A DNA stretch of 64,000 nucleotides from Candidatus Krumholzibacteriia bacterium (GTDB taxonomy: Bacteria > Krumholzibacteriota > Krumholzibacteriia > LZORAL124-64-63). Made by a program: the position numbers and the translations under genes. Below the pieces are notes generated by a model that worked only from the letters and a program-made list of their open reading frames with translations, ran no database searches and was not told the DNA's origin. Of this stretch, positions 9,512-19,794 are shown one piece after another; positions within the stretch are counted from its first letter, which is position 1, and every line of letters begins with the position of its first letter. The stretch covers positions 2,736 through 66,735 of the forward strand of contig JANTGJ010000003.1 of NCBI GenBank assembly GCA_024762975.1, written 5' to 3'.

Positions 9512-10771
9512 TCAGGAGGGGATGGGATCGCGCCGAATCGGCAAGGTCATGCAGCGGCAACCGCCGCCGCCGCGCGCCAGTTCCGAGCCGGCAATGGTCA
9601 CGACACAGCGATTGACCTGTTCCAGATCGGCCCGGCCGGCGATGACCTCGTCGGCAGGGATGATCTCGAAACCGCGACGCGACAATTCTTCGAGCGTGTA
9701 CTGGTTCCGCTCGTAGCCCAGTACCTTCCCCGGCGCCAGCGCGAAAAAATTTGTACCCGAGTGCCACTGTTCGCGCTCCTGGACCCAGCGATCTTTGCCG
9801 CCACAGGGCACGGGCTCGTAATCCAGTCCCAGGTCGCGCAACCCGACCATCAGGTTCTCGACCTCGCGGATCCGGCGGACGCGGCCGCCGTCGATCTCGA
9901 TGTGCACGGTCTCGAAGTGGTTGTGCTCGATGATCAGTGGCGAATAGACCATGCAGGAGCCCTGGTCCAGCAGCGTGAATACCATGTCCAGGTGGATGAA
10001 CGACTCCGGTTCGAAGGGCAGCTCCTGGACGATGACGTGCCGGGGGCCGGGCAATGCCTTCAGCTGATCGAGAACGAAGTCCACCGCCTGGGTCGACGTG
10101 CGGCCGCCCTGCCCGATGAGCAATACATCCTCGCGTGCCACCAGCACATCTCCGCCTTCGATCGTCACCTCCGGACCGTCATAACCGAGGCGCACCGGGT
10201 TCACCGTTTCGGTCTGCAATTGCGGATGGGAGTGGAAGATCTCTTCCATGATCAGGGCTTCGCGCTCACGGATGGCACTGGCCATGCGTCCGATCAGCAC
10301 GCGGCCATTGACCGCCGCGGCAGCATCACGCATGAAGAAGAAATTGTGCAACGGGGGCAGGGAGAAACGATCCTTGCTCAGGAACCGGGTCAGATTGTCG
10401 CGCACCAGGGGCAGGCCCTCGATCAGTGTGCCGGCCAGTTCGGCAGGCTCCTGGCCGGAGATGCTTTCGGCCAATTCGTCCACACCCTCCCGCTGGCAGA
10501 TGCGTTGCACCAGGCGTATTTTCGCCTCGTCGATCGTCAGGACGTCCGTCAGCAGGTCCCGCAGCTGGAAGGTGCGCGTCCACTTCTGCAGCACGCCCTG
10601 CAACTGGTCGTACTCCCGCTCGGCCACGGCCAGATTCAGGATATCACTGTATAGCGCGCGCTCGGCGGAGGCCGGCGTCATGGCTTGCACTTCGGGACCG
10701 GGGCGGTGCAGAACCACGCCCTGCAGGCGGCCGATCTCACTGCGGACATCGATGGCGACGGGATCAGTCAT
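9512..10771 (-). CDS. arcA: Arginine deiminase
   Basis: SEIGRL...HRPG, FFMRD, IEGGD, HLD, ELARGGGGCRCMTLP. Start could alternatively be 10795. Confidence 0.9.
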   Translation of the reverse strand: MTDPVAIDVRSEIGRLQGVVLHRPGPEVQAMTPASAERALYSDILNLAVAEREYDQLQGVLQKWTRTFQLRDLLTDVLTIDEAKIRLVQRICQREGVDELAESISGQEPAELAGTLIEGLPLVRDNLTRFLSKDRFSLPPLHNFFFMRDAAAAVNGRVLIGRMASAIREREALIMEEIFHSHPQLQTETVNPVRLGYDGPEVTIEGGDVLVAREDVLLIGQGGRTSTQAVDFVLDQLKALPGPRHVIVQELPFEPESFIHLDMVFTLLDQGSCMVYSPLIIEHNHFETVHIEIDGGRVRRIREVENLMVGLRDLGLDYEPVPCGGKDRWVQEREQWHSGTNFFALAPGKVLGYERNQYTLEELSRRGFEIIPADEVIAGRADLEQVNRCVVTIAGSELARGGGGCRCMTLPIRRDPIPS

Positions 10772-10831
10772 GGCCGGCATCCTTCTGGTTGGCATGGGGC
10801 GGACGAAACCTTCGGTCGTGGACAGGAACTC

Positions 10832-11470
10832 CTACTCCAGCCCCTCTTTCAATTTTCCGGTGCCCGGTTCGACGTACACTTTCACCTGACGGTACAGTTT
10901 CAATCCGATGCGGCCGGCTCGAATCCCGTTCATCAGCACGTCCAGGCACTTGCCCAGGTCGCGGCTCTGTTCGGTCAATGTCTCGAGCTTTCCGTCCATC
11001 GAGTCCCGGTCGGGTCCCGGCGCCATTCCGGCTCTGGCTTCCTCGATATGGTAGATCTTCAATGCCAGAACCGTCAGCCGGTCGATGATGCTGCCGGGCG
11101 ACTCGCTGTTCAAGGGGGCGCCATCGGCCACGACACCGGCTGCATTGAGTTGCGTGAAAATGATGTCGTCCAGGCGGTCGACGGTTTGTACGCGGCGGCG
11201 ATTGGAATCGTCGATGATACGCTTGACCGAGGCCAGCACTTCGTCGCCCGCGCCATGGGCCCGGCTCTTGTCTTCCTCGTGCCATTGGAAGGTGTTGATC
11301 AGTTGCAGTTTTTCGGCCGTGCGCAGCCATCCGCCGGGGCGGGTCATCGGAATTTCCGCTTCGGCTCCGCTCCAATCGCGGATCCGTGCCTCGGCCTCGT
11401 GCCAGCGGCCGATTACCTCGGGCAGCAAGACCTTCAACTCGGAATAGACGGGCCAGATGGACTCGCTCAT
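10832..11470 (-). CDS. DUF4254 domain protein
   Basis: WHEED..R, IDDSNRRR, NSESPGSIIDRLTVLALKIYH, LKLYRQVKVY. Confidence 0.8.
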   Translation of the reverse strand: MSESIWPVYSELKVLLPEVIGRWHEAEARIRDWSGAEAEIPMTRPGGWLRTAEKLQLINTFQWHEEDKSRAHGAGDEVLASVKRIIDDSNRRRVQTVDRLDDIIFTQLNAAGVVADGAPLNSESPGSIIDRLTVLALKIYHIEEARAGMAPGPDRDSMDGKLETLTEQSRDLGKCLDVLMNGIRAGRIGLKLYRQVKVYVEPGTGKLKEGLE

Positions 11471-11674
11471 CGAAAACTATCCTCGGTTCGTGCCTATATC
11501 GTCGGCGCGCGCAAAGCGCCTGTCGGTCGCACAGAATAGCCGCCCCGGCGATGGGAAGCAAGACAGCGCTGACGAGCTTCGGGGGCGACAAGCCGCCCCT
11601 GCTGCGGTAACTTGGGACGGGATGATTCCACGGCGGACTTTCCGCCCGGCAAGAGCAACGAGGAGTTTCACGGG

Positions 11675-11944
11675 ATGAGGGGAATTTTCGGCCGATTCGC
11701 GCCCTGGGCGCTGGTGGCGGGCCTGTTGCTGACGGGTTGCGGCACAACCGACACGCTGCCCGCCGATCCGGCGGGCGACAGCAATGAACTTCCGGCCAGC
11801 CACACCGATTTGGAAGGTGGTGTGGCTCACATGCCGGGAAAATCGAACCCGACGACGAATTGTGTCTCCTGTCACGGTCAGGATCTGCGGGGGGGCGACG
11901 ACGGCGAGCCGTCCTGCTACTCATGTCATGGACGAGTGTGGTAG
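11675..11944 (+). CDS. Small diheme c-type cytochrome lipoprotein
   Basis: GAGGAG RBS, lipobox LTGC, two CxxCH motifs (CVSCH, CYSCH), 89 aa. Confidence 0.8.
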   Translation: MRGIFGRFAPWALVAGLLLTGCGTTDTLPADPAGDSNELPASHTDLEGGVAHMPGKSNPTTNCVSCHGQDLRGGDDGEPSCYSCHGRVW

Positions 11945-11970
11945 AGAATCAACTGCAGGAGGACAAGACC

Positions 11971-12669
11971 TTGGCCACTCCCGAAGTTTTGGACCACTCG
12001 CGGGGAGGGGTCCGTTTCATTCAATTGCATCTGGGCGGCGACCGGAACTTCTGTTACCTGCTGGGCGACGGCGACAGCGGTGAGGCTGCCGTCATCGATC
12101 CGGGTTTTGAACCCGAGCGCCTGCTGGACATCGCCAACGAGAACGCGTTGCTGATCCGGCACATTCTGGTCACGCACGGCCACTCGGATCACACCGGGGG
12201 AGTTCGGCGTCTGGTCGAATTGACCGGGGCAAGTGTTTCGGCCGGCGCCGAGGATCGTGTTCCCGGTGCGGTCGCGGTGGACGATGGACAGGAGATCGCG
12301 CTTGGCGCGCGACGGGTGCAAGCACTGCACACGCCCGGCCATTCGCCGGGACACTGCTGTTACCTGTTCGAGGGCCGTCTGGTGACCGGTGATCTCCTTT
12401 TTTGCGGCAAGGTGGGCGGTACCGGCAGCTATTTCCCGGGTTCGAGCGCCCGTGCGCAATGGGATTCCCTGCAACGTCTGATGCGACTTCCGGAGGATAC
12501 GGAAGTTTTTCCGGGGCACGACTACTATGGCGGCGAGGGTGTGATGCCGCACTCGACGATCGGTTTCGAACGGGCCCACAATCCATTCCTGACCGGCGGT
12601 GATTTCGAGTCCTTCGTGGCACTGAAGGAGAACTGGCCGATCTACAAGAAAGAGCATGGTATTCGATGA
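11971..12669 (+). CDS. MBL-fold metallo-hydrolase (glyoxalase II-like)
   Basis: THGHSDH, TPGHSPG, TGD, PGHDY. TTG start after AGGAGG. Confidence 0.9.
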   Translation: MATPEVLDHSRGGVRFIQLHLGGDRNFCYLLGDGDSGEAAVIDPGFEPERLLDIANENALLIRHILVTHGHSDHTGGVRRLVELTGASVSAGAEDRVPGAVAVDDGQEIALGARRVQALHTPGHSPGHCCYLFEGRLVTGDLLFCGKVGGTGSYFPGSSARAQWDSLQRLMRLPEDTEVFPGHDYYGGEGVMPHSTIGFERAHNPFLTGGDFESFVALKENWPIYKKEHGIR

Positions 12670-14993
12670 ACGAGATTCCCTCGCCGAGCGGCAGGCTCGC
12701 CTGGAATCTGATCCTCGCGTCGGTCGCGGCGGTGGCGCTGGCCGCGGGGGTCGGGGCCTGGCCGCCGGGTAGCGGATTCATCGGCCCGTCGCTCCGGCTC
12801 GGTGTATCCGCCGTGCTGTTGACCGCCGCCTGGCTGGCTGCCGCTCGTTTCCTGATCATCGATACCTGGGGCCGTTGGCTCTGGCTGGTTCTGCTGGCCT
12901 GCTCAAGCCTGCTCGCGGCGCTGCTGGGCAATGGAGGCCTGCCCGCCTCGATCACGCTGACGGTTTTTGTGCTGACTCTTCGCACGTACCGGCCCTGGCG
13001 GCATATCCCGGCCCGCCTGCGTGCGCTCGGATTCGGACTGGGCCTCATCGCGGTGGTACTGCTGATCCTGGCCGCGCGCTTCTGGGATCTGTCCGAGCCG
13101 GAGAATGAACTGCTTGCCGCATTGCGCCGGCTCGGCGGCTGGTCCGTCGGCTCGTTGCTGACCTTCTGGTTGTGGTCGCTGTTTCATCTTGCGGTCCGAA
13201 TGCGGCTGCACTTCCTGCGCCTGCGCCCGAAACTGGCGGTCAGTGCCCTGCTGATCGGCCTGGTACCGCTGGTCCTGGTCGGCATTCTGGCGGTGTTGGT
13301 GCTCTACCTCGGGCTGGGTGGAGCTCGCGCCACGCGCGCCACGAACGTGCTCGAAGACTGGCGGTCGGCCGCAGCGGCTGGTGTCGATCTATCCGGCGCC
13401 CCCTTTGATACGACGTTCGCCTGGCCCGAAAGGGTCACGATGTCGGATCGCGCCGAACGCATCCCGGCTCCACCGTGGGTGACCGAGCTGGCCGATGCCA
13501 TGGAATACACACTCGTGCAGATTCCGGCCAGCGAGGGGAATACGGTAGCCGCGAGCCTCGATACGACCGGCTGGTTTGCGATGGATGGCAATATCTGGTT
13601 GATGGACTGGCGGGGTGTGGGAACGGACAGCGTCATGACCCGGGCATGGTGCCTGGGCACTGGACCGCTGGAGCGCCTGTCGCGGCTGCTGGGCGCCGGC
13701 TTGCGCCTGGCCTCGATCAAGGTAGAGCAAACGGAACGTGCCACGGGGAGTTCGCCGGCCACGACCGGGGAGATTGAACGGTTTCCGGGCCGCAGGATCG
13801 TCTACCGGGACGTCAGTCAGGAAGAGTACTACTGGAGCGAGTACATCCACTTTGGCGGCACGACCTGGCCCCTGTCCACGGTGCAGAATCGGGAACTGCA
13901 CAACGGGGAAATCTTTCTGCAGGTCCGGGCAGGCTGGCAGGACCTGAAGACCGACTTCGCCCAGGGCGAGAATGTCGTGAACAGGATCGTCGTGGTGGTG
14001 TTGGGAATCGTCGCAGGCCTGTTCCTGATCCTCGAGATCTTCGCGCTCTTCTTCGGGATCCGCATCACCGAGGGGATCATCGCCGCCGTACGCCGGTTGC
14101 AACGCGGAACACGAGCGCTGGGGGCGGGGGACCTCGATACGGTGATCGACCTGCCGAACGAGGATGAATTCGGTGACCTGGCCGACTCCTTCAACGAGAT
14201 GACCCGCGCGGTGAAGAGGGGCCGCGAGGATGCCTTGGCCCGTCAGGCCCTGACTCGTGAGCTGGTCAATGCCCGGGCCATCCAGAAGCGACTGCTGCCC
14301 GCCGAGGAGCCGAGCGTGGTCGGCTTCGAGGTCACCGGCGCCAGTATTCCCAGCCGCGAGATCGGAGGCGACTATTTCGACTTCATCCTGCAGGCGGATG
14401 AATGCCTCGGCGTAGCGATCGGCGACGTTTCGGGCAAAGGGATGCCGGCCGCCTTGCTGATGTCCGGGCTGCAAGCCAGCCTGCATGGCCAGGTACTGCA
14501 TCCAAGTAGCGTGAGTGAGACCGTCGGTCGCGTCAATGACCTGATGGTCGCCTCGACCGATCCGCACATGTTCGCCACCTTTTTCTACGGGGTGCTCGAT
14601 CTGAACGCCGGCACGTTCACCAGCACCAACGCCGGCCACAATCCGCCCCTGGTGCTGCGCAATTCCGGCGAGATGGAGCTGTTGGGCACCGGAGGACTGC
14701 TGCTGGGAATGCTGTCGGGGCAGAGCTACCAGCAGGAAGTGACTTCGCTGGAACCGGGTGAGGTGATCGTCCTGTATACCGATGGAATCACCGAGGCGGT
14801 GGGACCGTCGGCCGAGGAAGACGATCCCGAGGCCATGTTTGGCGAGGACCCGTTGGCGGAAGTCGTCCGGCGCAATGCGCACCTGCCCGCGGTCGGCATC
14901 AAGGAGGCGATCCTCGATGCGGTGCGGGAACATACCGCGGGGGTGCCGCAGTCGGATGATATTACGCTGGTGGTGATTCGCAGGCAGGAGTAG
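12666..14993 (+). CDS. Membrane PP2C/SpoIIE (RsbU-like) Ser/Thr phosphatase with HAMP domain
   Basis: Multiple TM helices, HAMP (DEFGDLADSFNEM), GGDYFD, GDVSGKG, NAGH, YTDGITEA, DDITL. Confidence 0.9.
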   Translation: MNEIPSPSGRLAWNLILASVAAVALAAGVGAWPPGSGFIGPSLRLGVSAVLLTAAWLAAARFLIIDTWGRWLWLVLLACSSLLAALLGNGGLPASITLTVFVLTLRTYRPWRHIPARLRALGFGLGLIAVVLLILAARFWDLSEPENELLAALRRLGGWSVGSLLTFWLWSLFHLAVRMRLHFLRLRPKLAVSALLIGLVPLVLVGILAVLVLYLGLGGARATRATNVLEDWRSAAAAGVDLSGAPFDTTFAWPERVTMSDRAERIPAPPWVTELADAMEYTLVQIPASEGNTVAASLDTTGWFAMDGNIWLMDWRGVGTDSVMTRAWCLGTGPLERLSRLLGAGLRLASIKVEQTERATGSSPATTGEIERFPGRRIVYRDVSQEEYYWSEYIHFGGTTWPLSTVQNRELHNGEIFLQVRAGWQDLKTDFAQGENVVNRIVVVVLGIVAGLFLILEIFALFFGIRITEGIIAAVRRLQRGTRALGAGDLDTVIDLPNEDEFGDLADSFNEMTRAVKRGREDALARQALTRELVNARAIQKRLLPAEEPSVVGFEVTGASIPSREIGGDYFDFILQADECLGVAIGDVSGKGMPAALLMSGLQASLHGQVLHPSSVSETVGRVNDLMVASTDPHMFATFFYGVLDLNAGTFTSTNAGHNPPLVLRNSGEMELLGTGGLLLGMLSGQSYQQEVTSLEPGEVIVLYTDGITEAVGPSAEEDDPEAMFGEDPLAEVVRRNAHLPAVGIKEAILDAVREHTAGVPQSDDITLVVIRRQE

Positions 14994-15173
14994 TCGACAG
15001 CAACGGACCGGGGAGTGATCGTTGATCCGGGACGGATCTTCCGGTCCGGATACCAGATTCTTCCCCAATCGCGACTGGAACCCGGCACCCGATCGCGGTA
15101 TCTTTCACGATCAATCGTGCATTTGCCGCCGGTCCTCATCGGCGGTTCCGTTGAATCCGCGGGAGTACCGTCC

Positions 15174-16637
15174 ATGCTGAACTGGATCGTCGATAACTAC
15201 CCCGTCCTGCTGCTGCTGGCCTTCGTGACCATCGTTTTCAGATTGTTGCCGAAGGTGGACGTGGGGCACGACAAGACCTACATGCGTCGCCGCATCATGA
15301 ACTGGCTGCCCCTGGGCCTGACCTACGCGCTGCTCTACATGGGGCGCTACAACCTGAAGGTCAGCCAGTACGCCTTCGAAGAGATTCCGGCCCCGGATGG
15401 TTCGCCGCTGATGGGCAACGTCGGTTTCGGAATCATCTTCATGGTCGGTACGATCATTTACGGCGTATCGTTTCTGATCAACGGGCCGCTTACCGACCGG
15501 ATGGGCGGTCGCTTCTCGATTCTGCTCGGTGCCGGCGGCGCGATGATGATGAATCTGCTGATGGGGCTGGCCTCGCTGACGCTGATCAAACACGGCCCGA
15601 TGTACGGCTTCCTGGCGACTCATTTCATCGTCGTGTTTTCGGTTTTGTATGCCCTGAACATGTACTTCCAGAGCTTCGGCGCCGTGGCCATCGTCAAAGT
15701 CAACGCGCCCTGGTTCCATGTGCGCGAGCGCGGAGTCTTCGGCGCCATATTCGGGATCCTGATTTCGCTGGGGATCTACCTGGCCTTCGATGTCGGCTAC
15801 TCCATCCTGAGCAGCCTGGGTCTGATCTGGGTCTTCCTGGTACCGGCCATCGGTCTGGGGCTTTTCTGGGTGATGGACTTTTTCGTGGTCCGCAACAGTC
15901 CGGTCGAGGCGGGTCTGGGAGAATTCAACACCGGCGATGCGACCAGCGGTGACGACGGCCCTCGTCTGGGCGCGGCGAAGGTTTTCCGGAAAATGCTGAC
16001 CAACCCCATTATCGTGACGATCGCGGGTGTGGAGTTCTGCAGCGGCTTCCTGCGCCAGGCCATCATGCAGTGGTATGGCAGCTTCGCCAAGCAGACCGAC
16101 GGTGTTCTGGGATTGAAGAGCAGCTTCGTGAATGAGAACTGGGGCCTGATGCTCTTTTTCGCCGGCGTGATGGGCGGCATGCTGGCAGGTACGATCAGCG
16201 ATCACCTCTTCCAGTCGCGGCGCGGTCCGGTCGCCGGTGTGCTGTATGGCCTCATGCTCGTCGGAGCCGTCACGCTGACCTTCACCTACACCACGCCGAT
16301 CGTGGGCTGGCTGGTGGTCTTCATGTCGATGGCCGTCATCGGTGTGCACGGCATGCTCTCGGGTACGGCGAGCATGGACTTCGGTGGAGCCAAGAATGCC
16401 GGAATCGCCGTTGGAATCATCGATGGCTTCGTCTACCTGGGCACCGGCGTGATGTCGCTGACCTATGCGATCATTCTGCCCAAAGTCGAGCTGGACGCGG
16501 CGGGCAAGATCATTGGAGAGGCGACCGACCCGGCCAACTGGCTAGCCTGGCCCATCGCCATGATTCCCTTGGCCGTGATTGGCTTCGTGCTTACTTTGCG
16601 CTTGTGGAACGCCAAACCGAAGCCCAAGTCCGCGTAG
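15174..16637 (+). CDS. MFS transporter (GlpT/OPA-like)
   Basis: About 12 TM segments, YMGRYNL, GPLTDRMGGR, WFHVRERG, ISDHLFQSRRGP. Confidence 0.85.
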   Translation: MLNWIVDNYPVLLLLAFVTIVFRLLPKVDVGHDKTYMRRRIMNWLPLGLTYALLYMGRYNLKVSQYAFEEIPAPDGSPLMGNVGFGIIFMVGTIIYGVSFLINGPLTDRMGGRFSILLGAGGAMMMNLLMGLASLTLIKHGPMYGFLATHFIVVFSVLYALNMYFQSFGAVAIVKVNAPWFHVRERGVFGAIFGILISLGIYLAFDVGYSILSSLGLIWVFLVPAIGLGLFWVMDFFVVRNSPVEAGLGEFNTGDATSGDDGPRLGAAKVFRKMLTNPIIVTIAGVEFCSGFLRQAIMQWYGSFAKQTDGVLGLKSSFVNENWGLMLFFAGVMGGMLAGTISDHLFQSRRGPVAGVLYGLMLVGAVTLTFTYTTPIVGWLVVFMSMAVIGVHGMLSGTASMDFGGAKNAGIAVGIIDGFVYLGTGVMSLTYAIILPKVELDAAGKIIGEATDPANWLAWPIAMIPLAVIGFVLTLRLWNAKPKPKSA

Positions 16638-16674
16638 TCCGACAAGTGCGCGGTTTCCGGAGTGAAATTCGCCC

Positions 16675-18624
16675 ATGTCTGTATTGAAACGACTGATTTC
16701 CGGGGCGGCCATTGTGACCGCCCTGGTTTCGGTTTCCGGGTCCGTTCGGGCCGAGAATTCCGTAGCTGTCGATTCCCTGGTCGTGCCTTCCTTCGTCGTC
16801 GACGGTGGCGATACGCTGTGGTTGGCGCCGCCCCTGGAGGTGGTCGGCTCCCGCGTCCCGGCGGCGTTGCCGCTGATCGTACGGCAGATCGAGATCCTGG
16901 GTGGGCCGGAACTGGAGCGGCTGCCGGGACGGTCGGCGGCCGAGCTGTTGCAGGCGGTACCGGGTGTGGTCACCGGTCAGCGGCAACAGTACGGGGTGCA
17001 ATCCGATCTTACGATCCGCGGTTCGACTTTCGAGCAGGTGCAGGTCCTGCTGGACGGTTTCGACGTTTCGGATGCGCAGACCGGGCACCACGCCCTGGAT
17101 CTGCCATTGAGTCGGCACGATATCGAGCGGGTCGAGGTGCTCAAGGGCCAGGGCTCTGCGCTGTACGGCTCCGGTTCGTTCGGCGGCGTGGTGAACATCG
17201 TCGGCAAACGAGCCGGAGCACGCGATGGGGGCGAAGTCGCCGTCACCGGTGGAGGTCTGGGCATCCGGCAGGTTCGGGGGGACCTGATCGATGTCAGTCG
17301 CCAGGGTCGCACCGGGCTGCGCCTGTCCTTCGACCGATTTCACGCAGACGGACAGGATCTGGAATCAACGGAGGGACCGGCCCTGAACAACGAGTCGGAT
17401 CTGTGGTCCCTGACCGGCCGTCTGGACCACCAGGGGGATGCGGGTGAAACGGCGTTCTTCATCGGTTGGTCCAAACGCAAGTTCGGTGCCCTGGATTTTT
17501 ACGCACCGTATCCCTCGCGTGAGCGAACCGAGACGCTCTTCGGCTCGGTCCGTATCAATCGGCGAGTCAGTGATCGCTGGACGCTGGAGCCCCGCGCCTA
17601 CTTCCGCCGCCATACCGATCTGTTCGTACTCTTCGAGGACAATCCGTCGGCATATACCAATGACCACGTCGGGCGCCGCATCGGAATGGAGCTGCGCGGG
17701 ATCGGCGTGATGAACCGCAACCACACGTTGGCTTTCGGCCTGGAGGGCGTTTACGACGACCTGGACAGTCAGGGGATTCGCAGTGGAGTCGAAGGGCCGG
17801 CGATGGGTCGCCATCTGCGGCGCCGGATCTCGTTCTCGACCGAAGTCGATCGTCATACGGGGCGGTTGCGCTGGCAACTGGGCGCACGCCTGGACGCGAG
17901 GCCGGAGTACTCGCCTCGTACCTCGGGTACCGGTGCGCTGGCCTACGATCTGAACGAGAACCTGACGGTACGGTCCAGCACGGGTTCCGTTTTTCGAATC
18001 CCGACCTGGACCGAGCTGAACTACACCAGCCCGGCCAACCTGGGGGACTCGAATCTGCGGCCGGAACAGGGTTGGGCATGGGATCTGGGCCTGGACTGGC
18101 GGCGCGATTCGTGGCTCCTGCAGACGGCCTATTTCGAGCGCTACGAGGAAGACGTCATCGACTGGGCGCTCGCTCCGGGCGAGACGACTTTCCGGGTACT
18201 GAACATTGCCGAGGCGACCGTGCGTGGTGTCGAGACGGGCGCGACCTGGCATCATTCGCGGGGGCATCGATTGCAGGTCAGTTGGGCCTGGCTGGAAAAG
18301 GACTCCGAATTGCCCGCCGGCTATGTTGCCCGCTATTCGCTGCAGTCGCCGCGTCAGGTGCTGACCGGTCGCGGCACCTGGGTGCTGCCCTGGAACCTGG
18401 CCGCGACGGTGACCGGTCGATATCTCGAGCGCTCCGACGGCGCGGGCAGTCACGGCGGGTACCGAGTGGCTTTCGTGCTGGACGGCAGGTTGGACTGGGA
18501 GGGGCCGCACGGTCTCTTTGCTTCGGCGGCGGGAACGAATCTGACCGATCGCGACTACGAGGAAATTCCGGGCGTTGCGATGCCCGGGGCAACGGGAACG
18601 TTGTCGGTGGGGCAGCGATTCTGA
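16675..18624 (+). CDS. TonB-dependent receptor
   Basis: Plug motifs IRGS...VLLDG, IERVEVLKG..SALYGS..GGVVNI; NLRPE; C-terminal Phe. Confidence 0.92.
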   Translation: MSVLKRLISGAAIVTALVSVSGSVRAENSVAVDSLVVPSFVVDGGDTLWLAPPLEVVGSRVPAALPLIVRQIEILGGPELERLPGRSAAELLQAVPGVVTGQRQQYGVQSDLTIRGSTFEQVQVLLDGFDVSDAQTGHHALDLPLSRHDIERVEVLKGQGSALYGSGSFGGVVNIVGKRAGARDGGEVAVTGGGLGIRQVRGDLIDVSRQGRTGLRLSFDRFHADGQDLESTEGPALNNESDLWSLTGRLDHQGDAGETAFFIGWSKRKFGALDFYAPYPSRERTETLFGSVRINRRVSDRWTLEPRAYFRRHTDLFVLFEDNPSAYTNDHVGRRIGMELRGIGVMNRNHTLAFGLEGVYDDLDSQGIRSGVEGPAMGRHLRRRISFSTEVDRHTGRLRWQLGARLDARPEYSPRTSGTGALAYDLNENLTVRSSTGSVFRIPTWTELNYTSPANLGDSNLRPEQGWAWDLGLDWRRDSWLLQTAYFERYEEDVIDWALAPGETTFRVLNIAEATVRGVETGATWHHSRGHRLQVSWAWLEKDSELPAGYVARYSLQSPRQVLTGRGTWVLPWNLAATVTGRYLERSDGAGSHGGYRVAFVLDGRLDWEGPHGLFASAAGTNLTDRDYEEIPGVAMPGATGTLSVGQRF

Positions 18625-18643
18625 GTGGAAAATACAGGAGCTC

Positions 18644-18679
18644 CCGAAGACGGCGGCCTGGAGGGGCCGCCGTTTTCGG
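18644..18679. terminator. Hairpin terminator between convergent genes
   Basis: CCGAAGACGGCGGCC-N6-GGCCGCCGTTTTCGG. Confidence 0.65.
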
Positions 18680-18747
18680 TCGAATGTACCCCACTGAGAG
18701 GAGGACCTTACCTCGCCTAAAGCGCGAGGGCTACGTCCCCCGGCGTA

Positions 18748-19794
18748 TCACGCCTCCCGTTTGCGGCGCAACCGGATGGCCTTCCAGGCCAGCCAGCCGG
18801 CGACCGACAGGATCAACAGCCCGGAGAACAATGGAATTCCTCCGTAGTTGACAGGGCGATACTCCAGATCGTTGTCCGCCCGCACCAGCACGACATCTTC
18901 ATCCATCTGCGACGGCGTGTAGTTGCGGACCAGCTTGGTCACAAAATCACCGGTTTCGAGCACCTCGCCGACGGACGGATACCGGCGCCCGATCGCCGTC
19001 CGTTCCGACGAATCGATCCGATTCGCGTACCAGGTTTCGGCTCCGGCAAGAGCCATTCGGTGGTCCGCCACGACATACAATCCCACTTGCGAGGACTGGG
19101 CAGCACTCAGCGACGAGATGTGCAGCGGATAGACCGGTTCCTCCGAAGCGAATCTCAGGTGGATGGGTTGAAGTTGTCCATACCAGTAGTCCGGCAGATA
19201 GGGATAGCCGTCTTCGAGTACCGACTCGTCCACTTTCATCGTCACGAAAACCCATTGGCGATCGACATACGACTGCAGCACTTCGGTGACACGATCAGTA
19301 TTCCCGCTATGCAGGTAGCCCCACGTCGACAGCGAGTCGAAAAGTGCCGCGCCATCGTCCGCTGCGATGATCATCGTTCGATAAACCCCGACTTGATCCT
19401 CATCCAGAATGCTCACGCCATCATCGATGCCGGCGACCACGTCCCAGGACTCCTCCGTGCAGCCCCAATTGGAGTCGCGATGCACATACAGGGCGCGTGT
19501 CATGTCTTCCAGCTGTTGAAAAAGATCCAGATCGGCCGTCGCCAGCGTGGGGACCGACGGAACCGGCACGATCCAGGCAAAATCGTGGGCATCGCCATGG
19601 AAGCCGGGCAGGATCCGCAGGTCCTCGATGCCCTCGGCATGGTGGATCATCGCGGTCTGACTGTTCTCGTACAGGATCCAGTAGGGAGGGTAGAAAAATC
19701 CGCCATCGGCGCGGGCCGACCCGGGAGCGAGCGATGCCAACAGGAGAGCCGCCAGGGCCAGGCCCAGATTTCGAATAGGCTTCCGGGTAATCAT
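18748..19794 (-). CDS. DUF2330 domain protein, secreted with C-terminal membrane anchor
   Basis: ADGGFF, FAWIVPVPSVP, VGVY, LQPIHLRF...YPL; C-terminal TM helix followed by a basic tail. Confidence 0.8.
   Translation of the reverse strand: MITRKPIRNLGLALAALLLASLAPGSARADGGFFYPPYWILYENSQTAMIHHAEGIEDLRILPGFHGDAHDFAWIVPVPSVPTLATADLDLFQQLEDMTRALYVHRDSNWGCTEESWDVVAGIDDGVSILDEDQVGVYRTMIIAADDGAALFDSLSTWGYLHSGNTDRVTEVLQSYVDRQWVFVTMKVDESVLEDGYPYLPDYWYGQLQPIHLRFASEEPVYPLHISSLSAAQSSQVGLYVVADHRMALAGAETWYANRIDSSERTAIGRRYPSVGEVLETGDFVTKLVRNYTPSQMDEDVVLVRADNDLEYRPVNYGGIPLFSGLLILSVAGWLAWKAIRLRRKREA

Noticed and set aside
11490..11560. CGCAAAGC segment suggesting a c-di-GMP-I riboswitch
   Set aside because: No GGCAAAC/GAAA tetraloop P2 stem and no pairing consistent with the aptamer.
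16638..16674. Cobalamin riboswitch ahead of the TonB-dependent receptor
   Set aside because: Only 37 bp separate it from the MFS gene, which leaves no room, and no B12-box motif is visible.
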